From contig JBHGNT010000008.1 of the NCBI GenBank assembly GCA_043228905.1, forward strand, positions 19,282,001 through 19,346,000: a stretch of 64,000 bases of DNA, read 5' to 3'. This document shows, piece after piece, positions 1-15,719 of the stretch. A program made the translations under genes and the position numbers. Every line of letters starts with the position of its first letter. The stretch's first letter is position 1. This stretch comes from Azolla caroliniana. Taxonomy: Eukaryota; Plantae; Polypodiophyta. The notes beneath the pieces are model-generated. The model saw only the letters and a list, made by a program, of their open reading frames with translations, ran no database searches and had not been told where the DNA came from.

Positions 1-1041
1 TACAACATTTGGATGAAATTTATGATTTTAAACGTTGTTGCATGGATGGGATGGGACTCTATGTAGGGCTCTTGCACTGCTTAATAATATAAGTTTTAAC
101 CACGTCTTCCTCATCAAAAGAAGTTCTAGCAGGCACAACCAGTTGATGTTGTATGCCAAACAATACTCATCTAGTTCACAATGGGAGCCACAAGAGGGAT
201 GTAGGCTCTTATTGCATTTTCCAAATGCGGTAATCCAAGGTGCAGAACAAATGTCGTATGATGACCATAAAATATTGGCTACTGGTAGTTCAATCGAAGA
301 GCAAAAGATATATTGGATGCGTTGCTTTGAAGAAAAACGCAAAAATATTGAACATACCAAAAAGTACGCTCATGATAAAGATGTTGAATGGTGGGGTAAT
401 TTCTTTAATCATCAACATACGATTTTAGATAACCACTTTTTCGGTTACTAGCCACTCAGAAATCAATTCAAATGGAATATTGGTGGCCCATCAATGGTGA
501 GCACGACTCGTTTACAATCACAAGATAATCCTGAATTGAATAATCTAGTTTGTCCACGACAAACTACAAGTGGTGGCCCATCAATGGTGAGCACAACTCG
601 TTTACAATCACGAGATAATCCTGAATATCGCATGTTGCAGAGAGGAGATGGTAAGGCAATCTACATGAGCTACAAGTTGGTATGTTGGTTGCAACATTAG
701 TTGGGGGTAATAAGTTGGGTCATCCCGTTCGGATTGCTAAAATCACTGAAATTATTGAGGATGAAGAAGGCAATCAAGTTCAATTCATTGTGGTTCATTG
801 ATATCATACCTCTTCCCTAGATGCATTTACTGGGAAGTACTCTTTAGAGATGGTTAAGGATGTCAGAGTAACAAGCAGAAAACATAGAAGAAAGAATCTA
901 CCCAGCATGTCTACTCTAACGCTTGATAATGTAGACATACTAGTGTATGACTTCTCCTTAACCAAAACGGGCCATCTAAGACAGACCACAATCAAGATAA
1001 TAAAAGAGAAGATCCCAGATGGTCTTCCTGATGCAATATGA
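1..1041 (+). pseudogene. Degraded coding remnant, possibly the C-terminal part of a DNA transposase (family unassigned)
   Basis: Broken ORFs 35-451 and ~700-1041 (…LMLYAKQYSSSSQWEP…; HPVRIAKI…IVVH*Y…LVYDFSLTKTGHLRQTT) with stops, no introns, and an internal duplication (482-536 vs 572-626). The family was not recognised with confidence. Confidence 0.3.
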
Positions 1042-2508
1042 GACAAACAAGGAGTATGTCTCATAATCACGGTGACGTTGGATTGCAATTGGATGAAAAC
1101 AATGCATTGGTTGCTAGTATGATGAGGATGAGACCTCACAAAGCTCTTCTAGTTTATTCGAATGGGTCGAAAGGGGAAGGCGTATCTTTGGGAAGTGATA
1201 GTTTTGATATATTAAACGTAAATATTGTATTTTACATCAAGATGGTGATTCACGAATATGTATAAATATAGGTGGTAGTCCTTTTGTAAATTGTGTGTAT
1301 TCTTTTATAAGTTTCACGTGTCGATTATTTATGCATTTTTTGGAAAGCCCTAAATTTTTGGACATGGTATAAATCCATATATTTTGATTCAATTGTTCAA
1401 AAACCTTTACACATGCGATACCCCTTTTTGTGAAATGACCTACTTTGTGCCTTTTTGGACGAACAGTTCTTAAAATGTGACATATTACCTATTTCAAATG
1501 ACCCGATGTTTATTGTAAACGTTGTGTAATTGGGATCCAATCCCACTAAAACTTATTGTAATTTGTAAGATTATAAATTTTTTAGTGATTTAATATAATT
1601 TACCTCCATTGCATTTACTTATTTCAGTAAAAATTTAAATACTTGTTCTTAGTGTGAATTGAGCAATAAAGGACAACAAAAATAGTCTTATGTGTAATAA
1701 TTGTAGAAATCCAAATTTCCCTCCATTTAGAATTTCTAGGTTACTATTAAAGTATTTGGTAGATTGTGGGATTTAACCACAATTCTATTGTTACCACCAC
1801 CAACACGAATTAATTAAAAAAATATTGTTTAATTAAAATAAGAATTATATAAGTTTAATAAGTATTACTAACTCCCAAAGAGTGGTTTAAACCTAAATTC
1901 ATTTCTTAAGCCATTGCAATCCACCTACTTGTTAATTATGTCTAACTCTATTTTAAGAATCGTGTTGCAATTGGAAGGAGCTTATTTGATGAGCACGTAA
2001 AGCAAGCCCATGACTAGAGCATAAGTTAATAGCAATCTCAAGCCGAATTCTCAAAGGCATTCATCGAGCCCAATCCTCCTATCAAAGTGAATCCTTTGGT
2101 TGAATCCTTGAATGCAATCCTCGAGCACACATTTTGAAGGCAGCCTTCGGCCCCAAAGCTCAAAGAAAAGAAGAGAGCAACACAAGAAAGGGAATATGAT
2201 ACTTGGATATAAAGTACGTGTTCTTCTTGACCCCACAACCACCCGAAAGGAAAACATCCGAGATCTTTTGATAGTGGCAATGCAAGTCAAGGTTCCCGAT
2301 GATCCCACTCAAACAGCACACATACACGCAATATACACGAAGGAGTTTTAATATATAGATAGGTTGTATTTGTAATATATATTTAAAGGCCATATTATTG
2401 ATTAACCATAAAAGCTTGTAATAGATACATTCATATTATATTATTTACATATACAATGCCCTTGTTCACTTTCGCATATAATCTCAAGAAGTGTTACATG
2501 TGTCGATT

Positions 2509-2930
2509 GATCCTATTTGCAATGCTCAAATTATGGGCTGTTTTTGTGGCAAATTTTGATATATCTAGACTACAAATACTTATCCTTTTTACAACTTCTC
2601 AAATTATGGGCATTTGTGATGACAAATTTTGATAACCTAAACTACAAGTGTTGATCCTATTTGCAATGCTCAAATTATGGGCTGTTTTTGTGGCAAATTT
2701 TGATATATCTAGACTACAAATACTTATCCTTTTTACAACTTCTCAAATTATGGGCATTTGTGATGACAAATTTTGATAACCTAAACTACAAGTGTTGATC
2801 CTATTTTCAATTCTGAAAGTATACACCGGTGGCAAAATTTGATAATCTAGGACGCAAATACTGATCCTATTTACAATTCTCAAATTATGAATCTTTGTGG
2901 CAGCAAAAAATTTATAACCTAATTTTGATT
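2509..2930. repeat. Tandem repeat: 144-bp higher-order unit made of two ~72-bp subunits, ~3 copies
   Basis: GATCCTATTTGCAATGCTCAAATTATGGG… recurs at 2509 and 2653, with a degenerate copy at 2797. Each half contains TCAAATTATGGG…CAAATTTTGATA. Confidence 0.85.
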
Positions 2931-4397
2931 CCATATAGTGGCACCAATATGAAGCACAAGTGGGAAGCCATCATTTTCTTGCTTCTAACTTCATCATTGC
3001 AGATTGGGATACAGCCTTTTTTTGTTGCACCCCATTTTAAATTTCAATTTGTATGAAAAAAAATCACAACTACATAAAATTCAAAAAAGAAAGTTGAAAA
3101 CTCTCAAAAGAAGTGTGATATTTTCTTCCTAAACAACTAAAACTGAAATTGAAGATTATTGTGGGCTTCATTTATTGTAAATTTCAAGAATGAAAAGGCT
3201 TAAAAGTTCTATAAGAAGTAACCCTAACACTATTTGGCCAAGCATAATACTAATGCTTTTTGTTATACCATTATGATTTCTTTCTATCATCAATGTATGG
3301 TGCAAGTTGTATTATTTCACATGTTGTTGACAGTCATACCTATCAAATGGATGTCAAAAACTTGAGAAAAAGTCATATTGATTGTAAATTGCTGCAATGA
3401 AACTCCTCAATACGTAACAAAAATTGTAAGTTGACAATGGTGAGGGAGGTGAGAAAATCCCTATAGTACAACCATATGTATTTTTGCATCTCATTGAGAA
3501 ACATTGCTATTTAATGTTGTAAGTAAATAATGGGGAGTGAAGAAAGAAAATCTCAATAGTACAACCTGGCATATTTTTGCATCTTATGGAGAAACATGGC
3601 TATTTAATGTAAGATGTTACAAACTTACATAGAGACAACCTATACAACCTTCTATTGATAATAGATTTAACTGTTAAACTTACATAAACTGTCTCCAGCT
3701 GAACCTTGAGGAAAATTAAGGATTTCTCCAAGCACAAACTTTAGTATAGAGCAAGATAATACAGTTTGTATGGTTACTACATAAATTCTCTTCATACAAA
3801 CAATACATTGATTCCATAGTACCCCAAAGGTGGAATATTTCCTTAAGAGGTGTCCAACTGTACAGTTGTCCAACAATATGAGACAATTAAATGTCCTTCT
3901 AGATAGTAAAACACAAGCTGAAGGTTATGTTAACAAAGGGGCATGGACCTCAAGAACCACTTCTCTAGACTACTATTATGACCACATTTACCATTGGAAA
4001 AGCTGATCATTTATGCATCTGACCCACATGTATAATATTGCTTTGATGTGTATCAAAACTACATAAAGACATTTACGATGATAATGTAGGGTTCATGCAG
4101 AGGTTTCACTAGCAGTATGTAAAGTCACATATCCTTCTTGTGTTGATGTAATGGATAGGCAATTTGAAATTAAAAATAAAATTTGCAAATCATCAAAAAC
4201 AGTTGCTGAACTCACAAACATAAGTATATGGTTGTCAGGTTGTGGAGTCAGTTCCATATGGTGATGCCAAATTTTGATGTTTCTATATCAGGCAATATAT
4301 ATGTATGTTACACTTGGGATTCAAAAGGCAACCCAATTCCCACCCAAGAATATAAAATTATCTAAACAAAATAACCTCATGTTGCACCTGCCATATC

Positions 4398-4798
4398 TTA
4401 ATACTCAAAAGCACGGACCGTATGATCATCTGAGGTCGAAAGTATGTACCTTTGGCCCCTGAAATGCCACATTGGTATGAGTATCTAAGTGTTGTAGTCA
4501 TTCAATGCGCATATTTAAAAACATGGACATTCATGGGGAAAAGCAACATACTTCGATAATGCAAGGTCTAAAATAGCATCTTCATGTCCAGCGAAGACTT
4601 TCTGGCATGTTCCTGTGCGACTATCCCACACTCTTATCTTACCATCAATGCATCCAGTCAAGATAGTATCACAACTCTCTGACCAAATCAACTTTACGAC
4701 TCCCTCCTACAAAAGATAAAAAAATGTTAAGACAATTAAAATTCATTAAAATGTAGCCTCCCACCTTATTCATGTTTTGCAACAAACTGTAAAGAATA

Positions 4799-4864
<66 letters not shown>

Positions 4865-7800
4865 TTTTTTTATTTATTTTTTTTATTTTTTTTTATATAT
4901 ATATATTTTTTATATTTATTTATTTATTTGTTATATCTGAAGCTACTCTGAATTTCTAAAACAAAGAAGTTTAGAATCGTATAAAAATAAATCCTGCAGC
5001 CTTAACTACTATTAATTTCTAGAAACCAAGAACTTCATTAATATGAGACGGATTTAATGCATTTTAATCAGAGTCTTAGTATTTTATATCCCATCCAAAA
5101 TTTGTGAGACAAGTAGTTAAACAATGAACTATCAAAGCACAAGAATGATTACCTCATGTTTACATGTAGCCCTTGATGTACAAGTTTGTAAATCCCATAT
5201 ATGAAGCAAACCATCCATTCCTCCCGTGGCTGCCATAGGAAGGCTGAAACATTAACAAAGCCAAAGTTACCTATTGAAAGCCCAAGCTAATACAAAACTC
5301 TTTGGAGAATACTTATACCTCATACCCAACAAACCAAAATTTAGCATTTGGGCCTTAAACGTATCATGCATATCCAATTTGATTTATGCATACGATAATC
5401 GGATGATGCATGTACATTTATATGAAAGGTAAATTTTTAACAGTGGTATGTTCCATCAACCTGCTTGAAAGTCCAACACACTCAATTGATTTTGAATGGC
5501 CACTTAGAGAACCCATAACCTGAAATTCAATCAATTCATTTCCAGCAATCACTGAGATACTTCAATACCATAAAATATTGTGATTGACAATCCATATTTT
5601 TATAATACAATATTGCTGATACATGGAAAAATAGAAGCACCTTTCCTGTGCGGATATTGACAATATGAACACTTGAATCAGTTGAGCCAGAAATGGTTAT
5701 GCTAGAATCATTGCTGAAGTCAAGGCACGTTATACCTTCTGTATGAAATGGATATCCTACAATAGAGATTTTCCAATTAAACTAAAAAAGGACAAAATTT
5801 ATGTAATCCTTGCATGCATTTTACTTCAGTATTCAGTACATGTGTTCCACAATTGATGATATCTATTAACACCTTGTATAATATGGAGACATTCTCCTGA
5901 CTTTGGGTTCCAAACCCTCAGAGCAGCATCTGCGGAACCAGTGCATACAGTTTTCCCTGCGGTATTATAGCCCAGAAACATAATCTTCCATTAATAATTT
6001 TCAAACAAACTTTAAGTTTTTCCTGCAGTATTACAGCCAAATGTGAAACATAAAAAGAGTGTGGCGCAAAGAATAATATTCTTCACAAGAATCTTCTGAC
6101 TTGCAAGGAGAATGCATACATTACGTATCGATAGTTCCTTCTCAGGCAACATTTAATTATACCACATAGGACTCATTGACATACATATCTATAAAATCAG
6201 AATGGTTTCAGTAACTCTATATTTCAATAACAATATACAGTAATTAGCACTAGTACTGGCACAACATTATTAGCTTTCGGAAATTTCCTTCCTGAAATGG
6301 TAGCTTTTATTGAGAATGTATGTACCATCAGGAGTAAAGCCTCCACATGTGACTGAACCATTATGGCCAGCAAAAACAGAGAGACAGGCTCCGGTGTCTG
6401 CATTCCACATCCAACTTGTAAAGTCCTCTGATCCAGCTAATATCACATGTCCTCGAGGATGCCACCTTAGCCACTGGCAAATAAAGCACAGAAAATATGA
6501 TGTTACTCTCACATTAGAGTTAAAAATTTAATAAATACATTATATGCATCATCTCTCACAGTCTTTTTAGCAATACAACAATAATCCATGTGAGAAACGA
6601 AACCCACAAAAATGACTTACAATGAAGACAGTTATCATGATATTCTAGAAGTTATCAACGAGGGGTGCATTGATATATTCTTTGATATCCAGTAACGCAT
6701 ATAAAGAATGAGAAAATGTTGAAGTAGAATATGATCACAATGAATATGATTCTCCAAATTCTTTAAAAGGTAAATATGCAATCAAAATTCACCAAAATGA
6801 ACTTGTCGTGTTTATTTGTGGGAGGATGTTTCTGCCCAATTCCATGGAAGAAGCTATATTGTTCCATAAGCTTATGAAACCATATTACTGGTCTCGAAAG
6901 AAATTGTAACAGCTGCCTTCCAGGCTATAGCCCAGTTACATGTCTAGATAAAGAACATGTATGCTTAAGGTACGCACGCTCTCAACTTGTTTTTAGTAGC
7001 ATTTTCCACTTATGCTACAACATGGACCCAAGATTCAGGATCTCAACTACCACAAATACGTTTTTAAAAATTGGCAACATTTACTTTCAATCCTCAAAAT
7101 GACCGCAGTTTCTGAGGGGAATGTCGAATATTTTTCTATTGATTTCAATCAATCTTAGCTTATACATATGCCTTTCCGTGGCAAAAACGTCTTATGACAT
7201 GGTTCCAATATGTATGTCTTAACTTTCCTAAAATATTTTACTCCACTGAATGATTTCCAGTCATATGGGAAGTTAGCATTTTTAGTCAGTATTTTCTAGA
7301 CATACAAAGTTAAAAATTAGACATACGAATAATTGAATTCGTGTAGCCATCACATCACGAGACAGTGATACAAATACTAACTTAGAATAATATATAATAA
7401 ATAACGAGATGACAATTTATTGCTGTGGAATACCAGTCATGTTCCATTTCAAATTCCATACTGTTAATTCTTCTCTTCTTAGCGTATGGTGATTCACAGC
7501 TGAAAATGTAATGATAAAAACTACCTCAACAGCTTCACTTGGACCTTCTAGCTTGTTCTTTAGCACACCTGATGAAATATCCCAGATGTTGACTATGCCA
7601 TCCAAGCCCCCAGAAGCAAGCAATAACCCATCATAACTAAATCCCAAGGACCCAACCGAATCTGAATGATCTGTAAACAGGAAGGAAAAACATTGCCAAA
7701 ATGATAATTATTAACATTTGCTGAGAGTATTCATTTAAAAAAGGACATTGAGAACATTAATTAAAAAAGGAATTGAGAACATTATTTAAAGATTAAAATA

Positions 7801-9208
7801 TCAACAAAATTATCTAAGAGTGGCAAAAGCTCTGAAAGATTGCTATTATTTCCAATATTTCCTTGAATGCCCTGAGTTTTTGTTAATGTCCAACATAACC
7901 TTAGTCAACCCCAAAAGAGACAAACATGAGATGAGTTGACAATATATTCACTCATGTAGCACATATGATTGAGAAAAAGGGGTCAATTGAGCAAATGATT
8001 GCTCAAATAGCACATATAGTTACTGTTTCAGAGTTGACCATGGGCACCTGAGCGAATAAAGAAAAATTCAGGGTTATTTCAGAATTTTTTAACATAGCTC
8101 TACAGATCCTACTTCTCAGTTCAAGAGGAGGCATGCTGTCCCTTATCCTCCATATGTAGGCTTTATCATCACCACCACCAGTCGCAACTAGATCAGAATC
8201 TACTGGGCTGCATGCCACTGCATAGACAGAATCTGTATGCATAGAAACAAACAGCCCGTCATTTGGTTATTAGAAAGGTGTAGAATCTAGGCCATGTTCA
8301 GATCCATATATTCATCAAAATCTTGTGCAACCAATGAATATTAAAGTTCAAAAACTTGAATATTCCATTATATTTTACTTTGGCATGTACATACTGCAAT
8401 GTAGAGACTAGTGAGAGTGCGCATCTCCTTTCTACCTCTTCAGGATTACCTGAATGGCCAGTAAAAATGTGAATTGAATCATCCGCCTCTGCATCACCAG
8501 TTCCTAAGAAGTAAAATATTTTAATCATGAGTAAATATCTACCATCAACTATCATTTTTTAATTTATTAGATATAACAGGTCATAGACTTTTCGAAAAGG
8601 AGATTGAATTACTTTCTATGAGTCTTTAAACCTTATTGACATCCAATTCTGATCATGTTCTTATTTTATTTCCCAACAAAAATGCAAATGAAACTATACA
8701 CATAGTACATAGTATGGAACGAGGTTATATAATAGAAATACAGATTATAGTTGCATGTATAATTACTTTATGTAGTCTAAAACAAATCTAAAACCTTGAA
8801 ATAAAACAAAAAGTAAAATATATAAATCAACATAAATCAAACCTGAAGGAAACTATTGAAACAACAATAGTTTCCCCCAAACATACAAAGAGGTAGCAAA
8901 ATTTTGGCAAACAAAACGTAGGGCAAAATGTAGAGTATGCTGCAATCTTTGCTTAAGCTTCACCTGTATTTTCTTCATTGTCATCCTCATCATCGCCATT
9001 GCTGTCTTCATCTATTTCTGGAAGATCTGCAGTGGGCAAGGTAAAGTAAGAAGATATTTTCTATGTAATTTGAATAATAAAATCAGAAAGACGAGATGAA
9101 ACCTTCTTCATCCATCATGATCTCTTGCTCTACATCTTCTTCATTGAGATAGACAGCATCATCATCATCCTCGTCCTCATGCTCAATATTAGCGGGCTGA
9201 AAAGACAT
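4398..9208 (-). CDS. WD40-repeat protein, AAMP/SQT1 (uL16 chaperone)-like; 12 coding exons
   Basis: GT-AG exons ~9208-9103, 9026-8964, 8503-8450, 8232-8113, 7670-7525, 6473-6326, 5956-5873, 5756-5641, 5519-5461, 5243-5153, 4706-4552, 4458-4398. An acidic N-terminus (MSFQPANIEHEDEDDDD…) is followed by WD repeats: DDSIHIFTGH-DSVYAVACSP-LVATGGGDDKAYIW; LLASGGLDG; WLRWHPRGHVILAGSED; GHNGSVTCGGFTPDG; end STSDDHTVRAFEY*. Confidence 0.9.
4799..4930. repeat. Compound (CT)n/(AT)n/(TTTA)n microsatellite in a WD40 gene intron
   Basis: Directly visible simple repeats. Confidence 0.9.
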
Positions 9209-9429
9209 TACATAATCATACAAATTTTGAACATAGAGAGATATATAGAAAAAGAAAGCTTCACCTGAGGGCGATCAGCACCCATGTTGGAGACTTTAAA
9301 GAAACCACTGTTCTTGTTATATGAAACTAGCTGTTGTCCCACAATTAGCTGCAATATACTAAAACTCCCCAAAGGGAATGCCAAGGGAACACTCTTATTA
9401 ATAACTATGCAGATTCCCCTAAACCTTAA

Positions 9430-9469
<40 letters not shown>

Positions 9470-11995
9470 TAACAACAAAATATGTGAGTTCATATGGATG
9501 CAAGATATACAAAAATGATATGCACCACATGTGAGAGCTTGAGAGAGATGTGGAGGCTCACCCTTCACATATTCATTGGTGAAAATCTTCAATGCCAAGA
9601 GTCACTAAGGAACTCTGCACATGCTAAGTACAAATGTGGCACCTTGGTTCCATAAACCATACTTCATATTATTAAAAGAAACTTCTCATATCAGTCTTAG
9701 AGAAGATTTTGTCAAGTGTCATCAACATATATATATTTGTTCCATTGAATTTCCATTACATTCAGAGTAAGTTAAATGTATGACCCTATGAAATGTTTCG
9801 GCAAGCCTTTTTGTGAATAACCCAATTTGGGAGTACATAGAAATTTCATATGGTATTCAACATTAGTGAAGCGTCAAGACTTGCTAGGAGTACAAGGAGC
9901 CTGGTCATTGACCTTCAGGCGCACTCAAATGAACATTTTGTCATGAACAATTGATCAATCAAACACTCTTGATATTGTCATTAAGAGATAAATGTCCTCA
10001 CTACAAATTTTGTGCCGTGCAAATTTGTACATGTGTCATAGATAACACGTTTAATTCAGGTGTTTTGTTTTTCAACCACAATCGATTACTACAACTAGGA
10101 ACTAAAGAAAAAATGCACAAAACAGTGTACCTTTAGCAATACTAATGAAATTCAATGTGTTTCTTTTGGTCTTAAAAAAAACCACATTCTCATTTTTTTT
10201 GTCATACATATAGAAAAACAAAGAGCAGAGAACATATTCAAAGGAAGAGAAAAACAGATTTTTCTTTTAAAAAAAAGAGAGAAAATAGAGAGAATTCATA
10301 ATCAGAGAAAGAAAAAACAGACAAAGATACGTACTTCAGAGTGTTGGAGTGGCGAACAACAAATGTCGTGCGCAATGAATCAATCAGAAGGGAGCAGCGA
10401 GCAGCGAATAGAGACAGGGAAAGCAGTGATTGATTCGTGAACAACAACATAACATGAAAGAAAGGAAGAAGGGAAGAACAGGGAAAAAGACTTTACATAC
10501 ATACACACAAAGTTTTTCTAATCTATATAAATAGCCGGTTCATAAAATACATATGTTAATGTACATACATATGTATATGAACCGGCTAGCCATACGACTC
10601 CTAGCCAAGCCATAAGATTTGTAAAACAAAATCCAATTATCAGAACGGATTATATTTGAATGGAACTTCGTGTCTAAATATGGTTGAACAATAGACCATG
10701 ACATACCCATGTACAACTTTTCAATATTTTTACCCAAACTCAACAGTGATATATACTATGTATGTACTCTCACAGAGCACGCACCATAACTATAATATGA
10801 TTTATCATTAATTCAATCGATGATTGATTCTGCTTATTAATCATTAGTATTGTCCCCCCTTATATAATGATCGAAATTAATTTGTTAATGCAAGTCTAAA
10901 GTGTAAAGTATAATCAAAGTTCCCAACAAAAGCTTATTCAAATTTCGATGATTTATGCGAGAACATAAAAAGATCTAAAATCTAGAACATGGCCTTGATA
11001 CAAATCATGTTTATAAAATGAAACCAAGAGAGAAAAAGATGTAGGGTAGCATCTCTAGCACCAAAAAGAAACCAATTTTATTGATCAAAGACAAATACGC
11101 CAAATGCAAGTATAGCTACAATTTCGCATGATTTAAATTATCCAATAAACAAGAAGATGCCAAAAGTTGTAGGTAGGATATAGAAAAACACAATGAGAAG
11201 AGTCAATTGGGAGTACTTACAAAGACAATTTATAATGAACTACAACCATTTAGTATCCAATCTTGGATATGCTAGTCACACATTCCCTAACAATAAGACA
11301 TTTGACATTCATCACTTTCACCTTGACCTAACTACATTAAGTTCACATACAAATCTAAGAAATTGCTTCCTTCGAAGGAGCATTACATCAAATATCCTTG
11401 CAAGAGAAAACATTGCAATCACTACCGATTGGAAAGACGGATCTAATTAGTTAGAACCAAAAACTTTGATACATCAATATCCTTGGAAGAGGAAATATTG
11501 CAATCACTACCAATTGGAAAGACTGATTATTTATTAGTTAGAACCAAAAACTTTGATAAAATATCATCACATAAGGCCAAATCCAACCATGACACAACAA
11601 ACATACACACATCTACACATCATTATTGCTTTGCAAGAATAAATATTCAGAGATCTATTCCATTTATGGGAAACAGAGTAGTGAATTTTTCCATGGTACA
11701 CACAGAACCTGCATTTAGTTTCATGTGTAATACGTACAACTTTATTGAATTTCAAGATCAAGTTGTGTCCATCCATAACCAGACATAGTGATCAAGTCAT
11801 AGAAAGTGACACACAACCCTTCTAAATCTTGCTTCATTTATAACAGTTATTTAAGGTCAAAGCATATTTCCCTGAATTACAGAGACAGCCAAGAATCAAG
11901 AAATTTTTCTCCTGTTTCTGCAATTCTGCATATATTACTACTAGTACATTGCAAGTACACAAATCATATTACACATCCATGTCGCTTTCTGCTTT

Positions 11996-14900
11996 TCACA
12001 CTTTGTCATCATGGAACCACCACCTTGTCTCCTTTGGTGACCTGCCATTCCGACAATTAAGAACATATCGATCATTGTCCGCGGGCCTCACCTGTGGTAA
12101 AATGAAATGAGAGTTCACATCTACAATTAGGCATCCTGAGAAAAGAAAAAACTCATGAAATTTGGGAGCACCAAAATAGTTGATTAACATTACTGTATAG
12201 CAATGAAATTCTCTTACTATGTCAAATGTCATTAGAACTTACTTTCTCAGTTGAGCTGGATAGCATAGACAATATGCTCATACAAATGGAGCTGACAGTC
12301 ATCGCAGGGGACCAAGAATCGTATAATATATCTGCCAGATTGCACAAGTAAAAACACAATCAGGAAAATATCCAAGAATAATACTCACGATATAGGCATT
12401 TGTGGTTGGTGAAAGAGCGAAAATTATAAATATATGTACATACACACACAACCATATATATGCATGCACAAATGCACACGCACACATATTTATATTCATA
12501 TACATATTTACATAGATGTATACATGTATAAGATGTATTCATACAGACAAAATCTCAGGGTTCTACTAACTTTCCAACTGCGAAACTTTCCAAATCAATT
12601 TCAGAGGAATGAAATGAAACATTTCTTGTCTCCAGTACTCTTCTTGAGAAGAAAATACAAAGCTATGGGAAAGCTACTAAAAATGCAAATCTACACAAGA
12701 AAAGGGATGCAATCATTGATTGCAGAAATGCGATGGAGTAGCTCGTAGTGTAGGTTGATTCATGACACATAAATAACATGTTCCAGGATTGTGCCTAACT
12801 TTAGGCTGCCTTTCTGTGTATATGATATTAATTGAGCATGGATAAGGCTACAGGTTTCTATTTAGTAAATATTTAATAAATCATAATGGTGAGGGAAGAC
12901 TTGATCACTAGGGGTTGAGGGTGAGGGAATGGAAATCGAATTTATCATATTACTTTAAGACTATCAACCTAAACATTGAATCTGAACTTGAAATAGTAAA
13001 GAATTTAATGCAGAGGGGAAGGCTCTCTATAAAGCAGACACCATGTTTATGGTGAAGAAGATCCTATAATTATCATCACTCACCAAAAACGTGAACTTGG
13101 CAAAAACTCACCTAAGCATATATGTCCATTACTGTATATATGAGGGTGAAGTGGTGCGTTCTGAGTAAAAATGACCTGTGAACCACTTCCACGTTAGATA
13201 TTGGTTGGTTCAATCCTAAAACACATTTGACATTATTTATACATAATCAATCCATCAGTTTTGAATACCTGAGGTGCCTCCATGGGATAATTAGTTGGAA
13301 AATCCACTTGAAGATGATAGATTTCATTCTCATATAGAGTACTCGCAGCACCGACAACCTCTATCGTCCATCTAGAATCAATTAGTAACTTTTAGCCAAG
13401 GTATGACGCAGGTAAAACAAAATCAGCCTACCTTATCTTTTCTTGGTGTTTATTTGTCAATTGTTCATTCAATTGCAGACAAAATTAGCCTGCCTTAACA
13501 TTCATAATGGAGCACATATGAATTACATATGAATACAGAGAAATTATCTTTTCTAGGTGTTCACTTGTCAATTGTTCACTCAATAGCATACAAAATCTGC
13601 CTACCTTATCGTTCATAATGGAGCACATAAATTACATATTTTATCTACTTCTGATATCAAAGTGCAGCTACAAAATCCCTTAGAAGGGGAACCAGATATC
13701 AAAGTGCGGCTACAGAATAACGCATAAGAGAGAAGAGATTCAAGAATTGACCCATTATTTGCTGTATGCACTATGCATCAGATGAGGCTTTTTAGTCTAT
13801 GCTGTGATGGTGTGAACTCTTTGCAATGCAAAACTTAGTACCCTCGTGATGTTGTACTTGTTAAACAAGCCAACTGCAACATAGTTTGTGTTGAAGCTCG
13901 AGGATGATGCGGTCAAAGAGAAGTTCTATTAATGTTGATCTGATGACCATAATGAGCCCCTGCACCCATCATTGCTTCTGAATCAACATCCTGATTTCTT
14001 TCAGCTGGATGAAGACAACTTGTAATAAGGTCTTTGGCCGGGAGAGAACATAGATCCACCCCCCAACCCATTGTCAGTCATCAGATATGGATTAGGTTCA
14101 TAGGCATCATTCACTCATTGTCTGGTGAGATATGTCCCTGCTCTTACGTATCTATATTGAAGTCAGCGAGGTATTTGGAAACAATTATGCATTCTAGCTA
14201 GGGGAAAAAAGATGGTGTGATTTGTTTCAAAGATGAGTCATATCCATTCCTGTTGAGTATCTAACTTCACAAGGATCAAATGAAGGATTTACAAGATCTA
14301 TTCGAGCTACTTTGTTTTCCTGTTTTGGGGAAGACAATGCTTCTCAGCAAGGTATTTGAAACAATTACATGTTCTATCTAGGGGGCAAAAGATGTTGTGT
14401 GATTTGTTTCAAAGATGAGTTATATCCATTTGTGTTGAGTATCTAACTTCACAAGGATCAAGTATTTTCACGGATGTTTAGGATGTACAATTCTGGTAGT
14501 TATATTTCATTTTAGTTTGAGAATGCAATCTGATGTATGGGGTAGTGTGAGCAAGCAAGGGGCGGTTAGCGACATTATTCAAGAAAATTTCGCCTGCTTA
14601 CTAGAAATCTCAAGATGCTGGCACAAAAAGGGTTCTTCTGCAACAATACCAGGAAATAATGATAACACTTGAAATATTCACATCAATTCCCTAGGCACAA
14701 TGTAGCGGATGAAATCAAGATCCATAGACTCACCCCATCATCCCCATCGGATAGGAACTATGAGATCACCTCAGGGGTGCTGAACACATTTGAGGGTTAC
14801 AAATTGACTGTAAAACCAGATCCAACGAGCAGTGGATGTGTCTGACCAAGACTAATTAATCTTCTTCCGTTTTATGAGCATAACAACAGTCTTTTTCTTG

Positions 14901-15686
14901 CACTCACCTCAGTAAGGTATTTAATGCAGGTTTGCACAAGGGGGATCATAACTATTACAGTAAATTAACATAGTCAACTCCAGCCCACCTAAAGAACTTC
15001 AAAAGGGCTGTAAAACTCCAATCAAACCAGCAGTTAACCATGAATAATTGCAACAGCTTTTCGTTATCTAACATGAGTGCTAATTCTTTTCCACAACTGA
15101 ATTTCGATGTTTCATCAAAAGAGGTTTGGTTTGTTCGCATGAGGCAAATTTCTCTCATGTCATCAAATGTCACCTCTTCAAAAATAAATATCTTTGTTCC
15201 CTCATTTTTCCTGTCACCTAGAACTTTTAAGCACATTTACATAGGGCCTCCTCACTTGAAGCGAGTTTATAAGGCACAACTTGGCAATTGGACACACACC
15301 AGAACAAACATAAAAATCCAATACTAAATAAACTAACATGGCAATTCAAAGGCCTGAGGATCTTGGCTCCTCCAGTCTATGGACCATTGCGACAATGGCT
15401 CCTCCATTCTATGTCATATTGCCTAATTTCAAGATTTCCGAGGAGCAAGTAAAATAAATTAAAATGCAGCAAATAAAAATGGAAATAAAATAGTGATTAC
15501 ATAATGTAATAAAAGCAAACAAAATAACACCTCCTTACAATAAAGGTGATCTCAACGAGTAGGACAAATTGATTATTTTAGAATGGCATTGGCATATTCA
15601 TAGAAGGACAAAAATTAAAAGTTGAAACAAATCACGATGACTTTAAAAAAGCTATCTACACTTCTGTAAATTAAAATCAGAGAAAT

Positions 15687-15719
<33 letters not shown>

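Noticed and set aside
14070-14125. Possible intronic box C/D snoRNA on the minus strand (ATGATG…CTGA)
   Set aside because: Box C is imperfect, the spacing is too short, and no terminal stem or recognisable rRNA guide was found.
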